A DNA stretch of 32,000 bases from Thermofilum pendens Hrk 5 (GCF_000015225.1 NC_008698.1:1320001-1352000), one strand, 5' to 3'. Numbered from the stretch's first letter, positions 15,251-24,329 are shown. Translations and numbers: made by a program. Notes: generated by a model not told the origin, from the letters alone.

Positions 15251-16288
15251 CTAGGCCCGCTCGTGCACGCCGCTCAGGGCCCTTCTCACGGCCTCCCTGT
15301 GGATCGGTGTTTGCCACGCGTAGAACCTCCCTATGCCGAGGGAGGGGTCCTTCTCCGGTGGCGCCTTGTCCAGCCAGCCGTAGCCCCTGTCGGGGATCTC
15401 CGCTACTAGGTTGAGCTCTACGAGGGAGTCTACGAGCCTCTCGATTGACGGCTCGCCTCTCTTCAGGTACTCGAGAAGCCTGTCCGGGTCCTCTACGGCC
15501 TCCGAGAGAGCTTCGAGTTGCAGGGGCGTTAGCCTTGAGGCGAACGCTTTAAGCCTCCTGGCGGATACCACCTCCTCTACTAGCGAGCCTGCGTCCCAGC
15601 CGTGCTCGTAGAGCATAGCGAGGTACCTGGGGTTGCCCCCCGTCAGCCTCCACGCGGAGTCGAAGTCGAGCCCCGGCCCGGGTATCTGATCGTAGAGCTC
15701 CTTGAAGCCTTCCCTCGCCATGTTCCAGAGCACCCTTATCGTAGCCCAGCTGTGCCTGGCAACCCTAGCCCTCGTGGTGCCCTCGCTTGAGCCTATAATC
15801 GCGACGAAGCTCTCGTACCTCGCGGAGGGGTACTCGATGGCGTCTAGAAGTGCTTTCACGTAGACCTCCGCCCTCTCGGGGCCGACGGCCTGGAAGACTT
15901 CGTCGAGTATAACCGCCACCCTCCTTTTAACGCTTAACAGCCTCGATACGAGCTCGAAGGCTTTCTCCGCGAGCGTAGCCGCCGCGGGCTCCAGCAGGCC
16001 GACCGTAGCTCCGACAATCTCCTTCACGTCCTCGGTCGACACGACCTTCTCGTCCTTCACACTGGCAGCGGGGTTAACGTAGACCACCCCGTAGCCATGG
16101 CTCTTGAGTATCTCCACGGCCTGCCTGAAGAGAGCAGTCTTACCGCAACCCTCCGGCCCGTAGACGACTACCGGGAACCTCGTACCCCTCTCGGCTACCC
16201 TCTCCACCTGCCTCAAGGCCTCGTCCCTATCGGCGAACCTCACGGACACTCCTCTGGCGAACTCCAGCCTTACCCTCTCCCACCCCAT
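15251..16288 (-). CDS. Archaeal ATPase family protein (Arch_ATPase, PF01637-type AAA+/STAND-like NTPase)
   Basis: FADRDEALRQVERVAERGTRFPVVVYGPEGCGKTALF contains the Walker A motif, and VAVILDEVFQ is the Walker B motif. The helical C-terminal half is as in this family. Confidence 0.8.
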   Translation of the reverse strand: MGWERVRLEFARGVSVRFADRDEALRQVERVAERGTRFPVVVYGPEGCGKTALFRQAVEILKSHGYGVVYVNPAASVKDEKVVSTEDVKEIVGATVGLLEPAAATLAEKAFELVSRLLSVKRRVAVILDEVFQAVGPERAEVYVKALLDAIEYPSARYESFVAIIGSSEGTTRARVARHSWATIRVLWNMAREGFKELYDQIPGPGLDFDSAWRLTGGNPRYLAMLYEHGWDAGSLVEEVVSARRLKAFASRLTPLQLEALSEAVEDPDRLLEYLKRGEPSIERLVDSLVELNLVAEIPDRGYGWLDKAPPEKDPSLGIGRFYAWQTPIHREAVRRALSGVHERA

Positions 16289-16330
16289 GCCTCGCGCCTC
16301 CGAGAACTCTCGGCGCCGGGGCAGATAAAG

Positions 16331-17248
16331 CTAGGGGTATAAGACGCCTATCTTCAGTAGCCCTTCGAGTAGCCTGCCCGTGAGTAGCCTGGTCTTCACG
16401 CCTCTCTCGGCGAGCCTCGCGTCCACCAGCCCGACTACGTCTTCGAGCCTGTACGCGTCGGAAGCCACGATGAAGTTCACGTTTACCCCGAAGCTTGGGA
16501 CCCAGAACCAGTACTCCGAGACGTGGGCGAAGGACTTCTTCACGCTCTCCAGGACGGACCTGTACTCCTCGGGGTAGAAGTAGCTACTCCCTGCCTGCGT
16601 AGCCACGACCCCGTCCGGCTTCAGGATCCTCTTAACCTCGGCGAAGGCCTCGGGGCTGTATAGGGGCTTCGCGATCTCGCTCGCGTAGGGGTCCGTGAGG
16701 TCCATTATCACGACGTCGAAGTAGCCGCTGGGCGCCTGCCTCACGTAGTCCTTGCCGTCCGCTATGACCACCTCCACCCTCGGGTCGTCGAAGCTACCGA
16801 GGTGCATGTGCCCGAGGCGCTTCTTCGAGAACTCCACGACGACGGGGTCTATGTCCACCATGACCGCCTTCTTCACAGTCCCGTGCTTCAAGACCTCCCT
16901 GAGGGTCGCCCCCTCGCCGCCCCCAAGTACGAGCACCCTCTCGGGGGCCGGGTGCGCCGCCATCGCTGGGTGAACCAGTAGCTCGTGGTACATGTACTCG
17001 TCCTTCTCGGTGCTCTGTATGAACTTGTCGAGGAGCAAGGCCCTCCCAAAGCCCTCTAGCTCCGCGAGCACAACCTCCTGGTACGGCGACTTTTCCAGAG
17101 CGTAGACCTTGCTCACCTTGAAGAGTAGCCTCAAATGCCTACCAGCCGGCTCAACTATGTACACACCCTCGAACCCCTCCTCCCCACCCACAGCGACCCA
17201 CCCCGCCCTGTTAACTATACCCAAAAATAAAATATAAGAGCTGTGCAT
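16331..17248 (-). CDS. speE: Spermidine synthase / polyamine aminopropyltransferase
   Basis: SPYQEVVLAELEGFGRALLLDKFIQSTEKDEYMYHELLVHP, VLVLGGGEGATLREVLKH, MVDIDPVVVE and DVVIMDLTDP are canonical SpeE motifs. The first 19 codons are AT-rich and promoter-like, so GTG 17191 is an alternative start. Confidence 0.85.
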   Translation of the reverse strand: MHSSYILFLGIVNRAGWVAVGGEEGFEGVYIVEPAGRHLRLLFKVSKVYALEKSPYQEVVLAELEGFGRALLLDKFIQSTEKDEYMYHELLVHPAMAAHPAPERVLVLGGGEGATLREVLKHGTVKKAVMVDIDPVVVEFSKKRLGHMHLGSFDDPRVEVVIADGKDYVRQAPSGYFDVVIMDLTDPYASEIAKPLYSPEAFAEVKRILKPDGVVATQAGSSYFYPEEYRSVLESVKKSFAHVSEYWFWVPSFGVNVNFIVASDAYRLEDVVGLVDARLAERGVKTRLLTGRLLEGLLKIGVLYP

Positions 17249-17307
17249 CCGCAGGGCCGAGAAAGCTAGGCGTGCGCGAAAGGGTTAAACCTCGCGTGGA
17301 GGATTGT

Positions 17308-17366
17308 ATCTCGTGATGAGCCTTCAGTGGGCTGACCGGTGAGGAGTGCCCGGTTGGCTGACTATC
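17308..17366 (+). ncRNA. C/D-box sRNA (2'-O-methylation guide)
   Basis: The layout is the textbook archaeal C/D geometry. C box GTGATGA (17313-17319), 12-nt guide, D' CTGA (17332-17335), 3-nt loop, C' GTGAGGA (17339-17345), 12-nt guide, D CTGA (17358-17361). It lies in an intergenic gap. The ends are approximate. Confidence 0.65.
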
Positions 17367-17391
17367 AGAAAAAGTGGAATTTTCCCGGATT

Positions 17392-17682
17392 TTAGCGGCG
17401 CTTTTCTTCTTCGATCCTTTCCAGTCTCTCCTTGATCTCTTTGAGCTCGTTTTCTATTCTCTCCAGGCTTACACTACTCTCTTGGTGTGGCTCGGACGCG
17501 CGCCTCGCCAGATAGTACAGGATCGCTGCGAACAGTGCAATTAGTAGCACCCAGAACAGTAGCGTTACGAGCATTGATAGGGCACCGGCGAAGCCCAAGC
17601 CAGGGTACCACGGCGCGGTCCAAGGCCAGCCCCACCAGCCGCACATCGGGCATGCATATACTTGACTCATTTCTGTCACCAC
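17392..17682 (-). CDS. Small Trp-rich membrane protein with C-terminal coiled-coil-like tail
   Basis: CPMCGWWGWPWTAPWYPG is followed by one long hydrophobic helix (LSMLVTLLFWVLLIALFAAILYYL) and a charged tail (ENELKEIKERLERIEEEKRR). The likely start is ATG 17670. Confidence 0.5.
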   Translation of the reverse strand: MVTEMSQVYACPMCGWWGWPWTAPWYPGLGFAGALSMLVTLLFWVLLIALFAAILYYLARRASEPHQESSVSLERIENELKEIKERLERIEEEKRR

Positions 17683-17846
17683 CCTGTTTACAACCTACAA
17701 TTATTTATGCATTTGTATGTATACATGAGTATATTTTTCGATTTTAAACCGCCATTCCAGTGGCAATCCTCACCGGATTGAGCGGAGAGCCGCGAGCTGG
17801 GGTGCACGCGTAATGCTCTAATACTTTCCCCGTTCTAGGCGGATAC

Positions 17847-19703
17847 ATGCCCGTCGTTCGGGTGGAGCCTTACGGGGCAAGGGTGGAGGTTGAGAGCGGG
17901 GCGACGCTTCTCGAAGCCCTGGCGAGGAGCGGGGTAAGGGTTGCCTCGGTGTGCGGGGGCCGCGGCTTCTGCGGTAAGTGCAGGGTGCTGGTAACCGGGG
18001 GCTCCTCCGCCCTCTCGCCTCCGTCGAGGTCTGAGTCCATGCTCCTGGGCGGGGACCTGGGATCCGGCTACAGGCTTGCCTGCCAGGCCAGGGTGCACGG
18101 GGACGTCGCCGTCTACGTCCCGGAGGAGAGCAGGGAGTCGCCGGGGGAGAGGGTGGCTGCGGTGGACGGCTACGCGAGGCCCGTCAGGGTGGCGCCGCCG
18201 CTCAGGAGGGTCTCGCTCTCGCTGACTCCCCCGAGTCTCTCCGACTGGAGGTCTGACGAGGAGCGGCTAGCCGAGGGGCTTGGGAGGGTTCTCGGGGGGT
18301 TCGAGCCGCCGGGGCTCGACGTTCTGAGGAGTTTGCCGCGGGTTGCCAGGGAGTCCTCCTGGTCCTTGGAGGTCGTCGCGTGGAGGGGCAGGGTGCTCTC
18401 GGTTGAGCCGGGGGGCTCGGGTAGGGGGACGTACGCGGTGGCGGTGGACCTCGGGACCTCGAAGCTCGTAGCCCACCTCGTAGACGCCTCTAGGGGCGTG
18501 GTCGTGGCGAAGGGCTTCGCCGAGAACCCCCAGCTCGCCTACGGGGAGGACATAATGACGAGGATGGACTTCGCGTCGAGGAGCCCTGGCAACCTGGACC
18601 TTCTCCGCCGCGTGCTCGTCGAGGGGGTTAACGGGCTCGTGGCGAGGCTCCGCTCCTCGCTGGGCGTACGGGCGGACGAGGTCTACGCGTTCGCGTTCGC
18701 CGGCAACACGGCTATGCAGCACTTCCTGCTGGGGCTCGACGTGTCCCAGCTCGCGAGGGCCCCCTACGTGGCCGTGACGAGGAGGGCCCTGGAGGTGAGG
18801 GCGGCGGACCTCGGCTTGGAGGCGGGGCCGGGCGCGGTTGCCCTCGTGTTCCCGGTGATAGGGGGCTTCGTGGGCGGCGACGCGGTGGCGGACGTGCTGG
18901 CGACGGGGCTCCACAGGAGGGATTACCCAGCCATGCTGGTAGACGTGGGGACGAACACCGAGGTTGTGGTTGGCTCCGGCGACCGCTTCCTCTCCGGCTC
19001 CGCGCCTTCGGGCCCCGCTTTCGAGGGCATGCAGATAACGTTCGGGATGAAGGCTGTCTCCGGCGCGATAGACAGGGTGAGGGTGGGGGAGGACGGGGAG
19101 GTCGAGTACACCACGGTGGGGGGCGCGAGGCCCAGGGGGATATGCGGATCCGCTATGATAGACCTCGTCGCCGAGCTGTACAGGGCGGGCCTCCTGGACG
19201 CCCGGGGGAGGTTCAGGAGGGACGCTTCGACGAGGAGGCTGAGGAGGGGGGAGAGGGGCATGGAGTTCGTCGTCGCGTGGGCCAAGGAGACGTCGATAGG
19301 CCGGGACATAGTCTTCACCGAGAAGGACGTCGAGCAGGTGTTGCTGGCGAAGGCCGCTGTGTCGAGCGCGGCTAGGACCCTCATGAAGATGAGGGGGTTC
19401 AAGGCGGAGGAGCTGGAGGAGGTCGTGGTGGCGGGCTCCTTCGGGTCGAGCCTCAACGTCGAGAACGCCCTGGAGATAGGCCTCCTCCCGCCCGTGCCCC
19501 CGGAGAAGGTGTGGTTCGCGGGGAACACGGCGGTGGGGGGAGCGGTGCTCGCGCTGGTATCGGAGGAGGCGCTCAGCGAGCTCGACGAGATACTCTCGAA
19601 GGTGGAGTTCGTGGAGTTCGCGGCTAGCCCAGAGTGGAAGGCGGAGTTCATGAACTCGCTCTTCATACCCTACAGGGAGCCGCCGAGCCGCCTCTCCAGG
19701 TAG
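17847..19703 (+). CDS. [2Fe-2S] ferredoxin / ASKHA-ATPase fusion, RACo-like (DUF4445-type corrinoid activation protein architecture)
   Basis: The N-terminus is plant-type ferredoxin-like (SVCGGRGFCGKCRV...YRLACQARV). The C-terminal half has ASKHA motifs AVDLGTSKLVAHLVD and MLVDVGTNTEVVVG. Length is 618 aa. Confidence 0.7.
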   Translation: MPVVRVEPYGARVEVESGATLLEALARSGVRVASVCGGRGFCGKCRVLVTGGSSALSPPSRSESMLLGGDLGSGYRLACQARVHGDVAVYVPEESRESPGERVAAVDGYARPVRVAPPLRRVSLSLTPPSLSDWRSDEERLAEGLGRVLGGFEPPGLDVLRSLPRVARESSWSLEVVAWRGRVLSVEPGGSGRGTYAVAVDLGTSKLVAHLVDASRGVVVAKGFAENPQLAYGEDIMTRMDFASRSPGNLDLLRRVLVEGVNGLVARLRSSLGVRADEVYAFAFAGNTAMQHFLLGLDVSQLARAPYVAVTRRALEVRAADLGLEAGPGAVALVFPVIGGFVGGDAVADVLATGLHRRDYPAMLVDVGTNTEVVVGSGDRFLSGSAPSGPAFEGMQITFGMKAVSGAIDRVRVGEDGEVEYTTVGGARPRGICGSAMIDLVAELYRAGLLDARGRFRRDASTRRLRRGERGMEFVVAWAKETSIGRDIVFTEKDVEQVLLAKAAVSSAARTLMKMRGFKAEELEEVVVAGSFGSSLNVENALEIGLLPPVPPEKVWFAGNTAVGGAVLALVSEEALSELDEILSKVEFVEFAASPEWKAEFMNSLFIPYREPPSRLSR

Positions 19704-20887
19704 AGGTGCGCGAGCGCGGCCACCGAGTAAGCCGCGAGCGCTACGAGCGAGAGGGCAAGGGGCCTGTTGTACGGGAGGGCGCTGGAGGCGAGCCCGGCCA
19801 GTATGCTCCCGAGCCCCATCCCGAGCCCTAGGACCACGCTGTACACGCCCATCACCCTGCCGCGGGCATCCGTGGACGCTTGGTCCCCGACCAGCGCGAG
19901 TATCGTGGGCCCTACGGCGGACGTGAGGAACATCAGGGGGGCTACGGCGGCGGCAGCCCTGAGGATGTCTACGCCGAGGGCGAGGAGGACGCTCATGGCT
20001 GAAAGCGCCGCGAGGCCCCCGGCTAGGCCGAGCCTGAATACCTTGACGCGCCCCCAGGAGTCCGAGAGCCTCCCGAAGAACACCGCGCCGGAGCCGAGGA
20101 GCACGAGGGCGCCGAGGAACAGCAGGCCTATCCCGGCCTTACCGATTGCTGGGCCGTGCACCGCGCCTAGGTGGTCGTGGATAACCCTGGGCGCGTAGAT
20201 ACCGATGCCTATTATCGTCGTGAGCGCCACCCAGACGGGTAGCAGTACGAGCGCCGACCTCGGTAGGCTGGAGAGAAGACCCCTCCTCACCAGGGGGACG
20301 GGGGGCCTCGTCTCCTCGAGGAACGCCGCGAAGACCGGGGTCGCCAGGGCCGTGAGGAGCGCCACGGCTAGGTAGGCGGGGTAGCCGGGGAGCACGCTGT
20401 AGAGAAGCGAGCCCAGGAGGTACCCGGCGCCGTAGCTCGCGAGGTTCACGAACTCGAAGCCCCCCATCCCAAGCCCCCTGTTCCCCGTCTCGGTGAGGTC
20501 GGTGGCCATCGAGAGCGAAGAGACGAGTATCAGGGCTGTTGTAAAGCCGACGACGCCGTTCAAGGCGGCCTCCAGCGCGGCGAACACAAGGCTCCCGGGG
20601 GAAGAGCTCGAAAGCGCGAATACCGCCGCCAGGGAGAGCATCCCGGCCGACCTGGCCACGTAGCCTGCTATCAGCGTGCGCTTCCTCCCCGCGAAGTCGG
20701 ACCACGAGCCGGCGAGTAGGGCGCCTATAGCCTCCATGAGCGGGTACGCCGCCATAACGAAGCCCGCCGCGACGTCCCCGCCGCTCGCGAGCATGGCTAC
20801 CAGGAACGTGTTCGCGCCGGACCCTATCCTGGCAACGAAGACGGGTACGTAGGAGACCGCGAACCTGAACCTCCTCTCCGCGCTCAT
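19670..20887 (-). CDS. MFS-type transporter
   Basis: About 12 hydrophobic segments are present, with a GRKRT-type loop (SDFAGRKRTLIAGY) after TM2 and a second repeat loop (LSDSWGRVKVFRL). The 3' end overlaps the convergent RACo-like gene by 34 nt. Confidence 0.8.
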   Translation of the reverse strand: MSAERRFRFAVSYVPVFVARIGSGANTFLVAMLASGGDVAAGFVMAAYPLMEAIGALLAGSWSDFAGRKRTLIAGYVARSAGMLSLAAVFALSSSSPGSLVFAALEAALNGVVGFTTALILVSSLSMATDLTETGNRGLGMGGFEFVNLASYGAGYLLGSLLYSVLPGYPAYLAVALLTALATPVFAAFLEETRPPVPLVRRGLLSSLPRSALVLLPVWVALTTIIGIGIYAPRVIHDHLGAVHGPAIGKAGIGLLFLGALVLLGSGAVFFGRLSDSWGRVKVFRLGLAGGLAALSAMSVLLALGVDILRAAAAVAPLMFLTSAVGPTILALVGDQASTDARGRVMGVYSVVLGLGMGLGSILAGLASSALPYNRPLALSLVALAAYSVAALAHLYLERRLGGSL

Positions 20888-20962
20888 CGCTACGGTACCG
20901 CCGCCCCGGGAATATATGCCTAGCGCCGCAAGACGTATACGGCGCCGCGCGCCTATCTAGCT

Positions 20963-21817
20963 GTGGTAGGCGCGGAGAGCCTCGGGGAAAGCCTGAGCAG
21001 GTTTTACGAAGTGTTCCCGTGGCCCGAGGACCCCCTCTCGCCCGAGGGGAGGGCTAGGTACGAGGCCGCTCTCAGCTTTTTCAGGGGCCTCCTCGAGCAC
21101 GAGTGGCTGACCGGCATCGCCGGGAAGCGCCGCCTCAGCGTGGTTGACGTGTGTAGCGGGGCGGGGTTAGGGGGAGTCGCGCTCGCGAAGGCTTTCACGG
21201 AGAGAGGCCTCGAGGTGGAGCTCGTGCTCGTCGACTTGAGGAGGGAGGCGCTGGAGCTGGCGAGGCGCTTCAGCGAGGCGGAGCTGGGCTCGCCCGCGGA
21301 GACCTACGTGCTGGACGCTCGGGAGCTACACGCGCTGGGCAGGAGGTTCGACGTGGCGCTGGTATACGGCCTTACCACGCCGCACTTCGACGCTTTCGAC
21401 GCCGCCAGGGTTTACTCCTCGATCGCGGAGAGCCTAGCCGATGACGGCGTCCTGCTAGTCGAGGAGAACGACAGGTTCTACGGCTTAATTGTGCTGGGCG
21501 GGTACAGGGAGGTGTTCTACGAGGGCGACGAGAGGCGGGGCGCGCTCAGCGTCCAGGTGGGCTACGACTCGCTACGCGGAGTGGTGAGAAGGATGCACGT
21601 CGACCTCTCCACGGGTAAGCGCGCGGTGGGCGAAACGCGGTACTGGGACCTGGCTGGCACCCTCGCTTTGGTATGGCTCTTCTTCGAGGACGTAGACTTC
21701 GCGAGGTACCCGGGGAAGCCGCGTACGGGCATCGTAATCGCGAAGAAGCCCCGCAGGAAGCTGCGCCCAGACGAGCTCGGGTTACCGACCGTTCTCAGGA
21801 AGCTACAGGCCCAGTAG
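20963..21817 (+). CDS. Class I SAM-dependent methyltransferase
   Basis: VVDVCSGAGLGGVALA is motif I (the glycine-rich SAM loop). It is followed by LVLVDLRREALE (acidic motif II) and DVALVYGL. Confidence 0.65.
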   Translation: MVGAESLGESLSRFYEVFPWPEDPLSPEGRARYEAALSFFRGLLEHEWLTGIAGKRRLSVVDVCSGAGLGGVALAKAFTERGLEVELVLVDLRREALELARRFSEAELGSPAETYVLDARELHALGRRFDVALVYGLTTPHFDAFDAARVYSSIAESLADDGVLLVEENDRFYGLIVLGGYREVFYEGDERRGALSVQVGYDSLRGVVRRMHVDLSTGKRAVGETRYWDLAGTLALVWLFFEDVDFARYPGKPRTGIVIAKKPRRKLRPDELGLPTVLRKLQAQ

Positions 21818-21822
21818 CGGGC

Positions 21823-22650
21823 TTAGCTGTGCTTGTCTAGCCACTCTGCGAGCTTTTCCAAGACTTTTTCCTTGTCCACCTCGTTGAAAATCTCGTGCTT
21901 CATACCCGGGAAGACTTCCAGCGTCTTATCGCTGGACGGCAGTACCTGGAAAAGCTTTCTGGAGGCACTTGGAGGCACGAGGCAATCCTCCTCTCCGTGC
22001 ATGAGCAGGGCCGGCACGGTAACCTTCGCGGCGGCTTTCCAAGCCTCGGAGACCCCTCTCCCGAACTCTGCCAGCAACCTGTACGTAGGGTCTTTGAACA
22101 CAAGGTTGTCGGCAACGTAGCTCTCCGCAACCGCTTTGTCCCTCGAGAGGCAGTCCACGTTTACGGGTAGCTTCGCCCTCCCGCGCGGGTTGACGGCTGA
22201 GAGGAGCCGGAGCAGGAGCCTCGTGCCGGCTCCCACGTTGACTTCTAGCGCCGCCCCGCTGGTGACGAGCCCCGACACTTCTCCCCCAAGCCTGTAGACC
22301 GTTAGCACCGCGATTACTCCGCCCATGCTGTGCCCCAGCACGAACCCCTTCTTGCCAGCGTGCCCCGAGACCACCAGCCTGTAGAAGGCTACGCTGTCCT
22401 CGACGAACTGGTCGAAGGAGTCGACGTAGCCCCTCTCCCACTTGGAGAGCCCGTGCCCCCTCAAGTCGTACATGTAGAGCGCGTAGCCGCGGCTCGACAA
22501 GAAGTCTCCGACGTGTGCATACCTGCCGGAGTGCTCCGCGAACCCGTGTATCCCGACGACCACGGCCTTCGGCTCTCCCTCGGGGAGCCATGCGCGCATA
22601 ACCGTCGAGAGACCGCTGGGAAGGTTAACCTCCCTTGTCACCGCGCTCAT
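21823..22650 (-). CDS. Alpha/beta hydrolase (lysophospholipase / monoacylglycerol lipase-like)
   Basis: VVVGIHGFAEHSGRY, the nucleophile elbow GHSMGG, and the C-terminal HGEEDCLVP...GMKHEIFNE (Asp/His) are present. The start is set at ATG 22650 (MSAVTREVNLP), which lies 27-32 nt behind an ATTAAT box. The 90 upstream codons of the track ORF are R/C/T-rich and not protein-like. Confidence 0.8.
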   Translation of the reverse strand: MSAVTREVNLPSGLSTVMRAWLPEGEPKAVVVGIHGFAEHSGRYAHVGDFLSSRGYALYMYDLRGHGLSKWERGYVDSFDQFVEDSVAFYRLVVSGHAGKKGFVLGHSMGGVIAVLTVYRLGGEVSGLVTSGAALEVNVGAGTRLLLRLLSAVNPRGRAKLPVNVDCLSRDKAVAESYVADNLVFKDPTYRLLAEFGRGVSEAWKAAAKVTVPALLMHGEEDCLVPPSASRKLFQVLPSSDKTLEVFPGMKHEIFNEVDKEKVLEKLAEWLDKHS

Positions 22651-23071
22651 ACAACTCTGTAGCGCGTCGCAGAGATTAATGTCTTTTTCCGTGCACCGGT
22701 GAACCTGGAGCTCCGAGTTACCGGAGATACGCCTCGAACGAGGTTCCCTCAAAGAGTACGGCCCTTTTACCTTGCGCGTGGTGAACGTGTCTGGGTCCTG
22801 CCTGCTGGAGAAGGTGAAGCCCGTTTCCCTACCGCGGAAGAAGCACCGGGTTAGCGGCGCGCTTAGCGTGCACCGATAAGCAGGTACCCTCCCTCTCTCT
22901 CGGCAAACCTCTGTATCCACTTAACATTCCTAGCATGGAAACGCGTGTCGAGTAAAGATTACTTAGGTTATGCACTTTCTAGATGTACGGTTAGGCCGGC
23001 TCTTTGAGCTTAGTCGACTTTACGTTTATACATATATAAAGCTTTTATACTCGAATTGGAAAGCTCCTCCA

Positions 23072-24304
23072 ATGCGGAAAGCAGTACTAGTACTACTTGT
23101 CTTAGTGCTACTAATACCGGTACTACAGGTAACCACGGCGCCGGCAACGAATAAGGTAAGGGTTGTCGTTGGATATGAGAACGAGGGTGCCCTGGCTGCG
23201 GTCGAGGGGCTACCGGGAGCCGAGAAGGTAAAGGTTCTACGCGAGATAAAAGCCGCTGTCTTCTACCTGCCACCCGAGGCTATCGAGAAGGCTAAGGGGA
23301 TTAAGGGCGTAAGGTACGTCGAGGAGGACAAGGTCGCGGTAGCCTTGGAGCTCTCGAGCTACCCGGACGTCCTCTGGGACGTGAAGATGATTAACGCCAG
23401 CAAGGTCTGGGACAAGTACTACCCGGTGTACGGCTGGAAGGCGCTCGGAAGGGGAGTGGTAGTCGCGGTTCTGGACACGGGGATAGACTACACCCACCCC
23501 GAGCTTAAAGGCAAAGTTGTGTGGTGCGCGAACACCGTCGGGGTTAAGACGTACACGGGTACGAAGCTGAGTAACTGCGCCGACAGGAACGGGCACGGGA
23601 CCCACGTCGCCGGCACCATAGCCTCCGCGATAAACGGGGTTGGAAACGCGGGCGTCGCGCCGAACGTAACGCTCTACGCGGTTAAAGTACTCAACGACGC
23701 CGGCTCCGGGACGTACTCCGACATAGCGGAGGGTATAATCATCGCCGTGAAGGGGCCGGACGGGGTCGCGGGTACTAGCGACGACGCCAAGATACTCAGC
23801 ATGTCTCTCGGCGGAAGTAGCGACAGCCAGGTCCTATACGATGCGGTTAAGTGGGCGTACAGCAACGGCGCTGTCCTCGTAGCGGCCGCGGGGAACTCGG
23901 GCGACGGAGACCCCACGACGGACAACGTCGCCTACCCGGCGAGGTACAGCGAGGTCATAGCGGTGGCAGCCGTGGATAGCAACGCCAACGTGCCCACTTG
24001 GAGTAGCGACGGACCCGAGGTAGACGTAGCGGCGCCCGGTGTAAACGTCTACTCCACGTACAAGAACGGCGGCTACGCTACTCTCTCCGGGACCAGCATG
24101 GCGACCCCGCACGTCTCCGCCACGGTTGCCCTCATACAGGCCCTCAGGCTCGCAGCCGGGAAGCAGCCCCTGACGCCGTCCCAGGTCTACGACGTCCTCA
24201 CCAAGACTGCTAAGGACATAAACTCGCCCGGCTTCGACGTCTTCACGGGCTACGGGCTCGTAGACGCGCTGGCGGCGGTAGACTACGCGCTGAGCCTACC
24301 CTAA
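23072..24304 (+). CDS. Secreted subtilisin-like serine protease (S8 family, pernisine-like) with signal peptide and propeptide
   Basis: The catalytic triad motifs are VAVLDTGID, HGTHVAGTIA and GTSMATPHV. The N-terminal MRKAVLVLLVLVLLIPVLQV is a signal peptide. The start is set at ATG 23072, downstream of TATA-rich 23024-23050. The track start at 22970 lies inside the promoter. Confidence 0.9.
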   Translation: MRKAVLVLLVLVLLIPVLQVTTAPATNKVRVVVGYENEGALAAVEGLPGAEKVKVLREIKAAVFYLPPEAIEKAKGIKGVRYVEEDKVAVALELSSYPDVLWDVKMINASKVWDKYYPVYGWKALGRGVVVAVLDTGIDYTHPELKGKVVWCANTVGVKTYTGTKLSNCADRNGHGTHVAGTIASAINGVGNAGVAPNVTLYAVKVLNDAGSGTYSDIAEGIIIAVKGPDGVAGTSDDAKILSMSLGGSSDSQVLYDAVKWAYSNGAVLVAAAGNSGDGDPTTDNVAYPARYSEVIAVAAVDSNANVPTWSSDGPEVDVAAPGVNVYSTYKNGGYATLSGTSMATPHVSATVALIQALRLAAGKQPLTPSQVYDVLTKTAKDINSPGFDVFTGYGLVDALAAVDYALSLP

Positions 24305-24307
24305 AAG

Positions 24308-24329
24308 TTTCAACTTTTTTCTTTTCTTT
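24308..24329 (+). terminator. Oligo-T terminator after the protease gene
   Basis: tttcaacttttttcttttcttt follows directly after the TAA stop. Oligo-T tracts are the established archaeal termination signal. Confidence 0.5.

Noticed and set aside
22800-22860. Possible SRP (7S) RNA helix-8 or RNase P motif (ccgcGGAAgaAGCAcc; gagaaggtgaagccc)
   Set aside because: The GGAA is not closed by a complementary stem. The flanks do not reproduce the conserved SRP CCCGGAAGGGAGCA or RNase P GGAAAGUCC cores. The resemblance is superficial.
22651-22920. 90-codon N-terminal extension of the alpha/beta hydrolase (MDTEVCRERGRVPAYRC...)
   Set aside because: Its composition is not protein-like. The hydrolase fold starts after ATG 22650, which has a correctly spaced ATTAAT box. 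The region is treated as noncoding (see finding).
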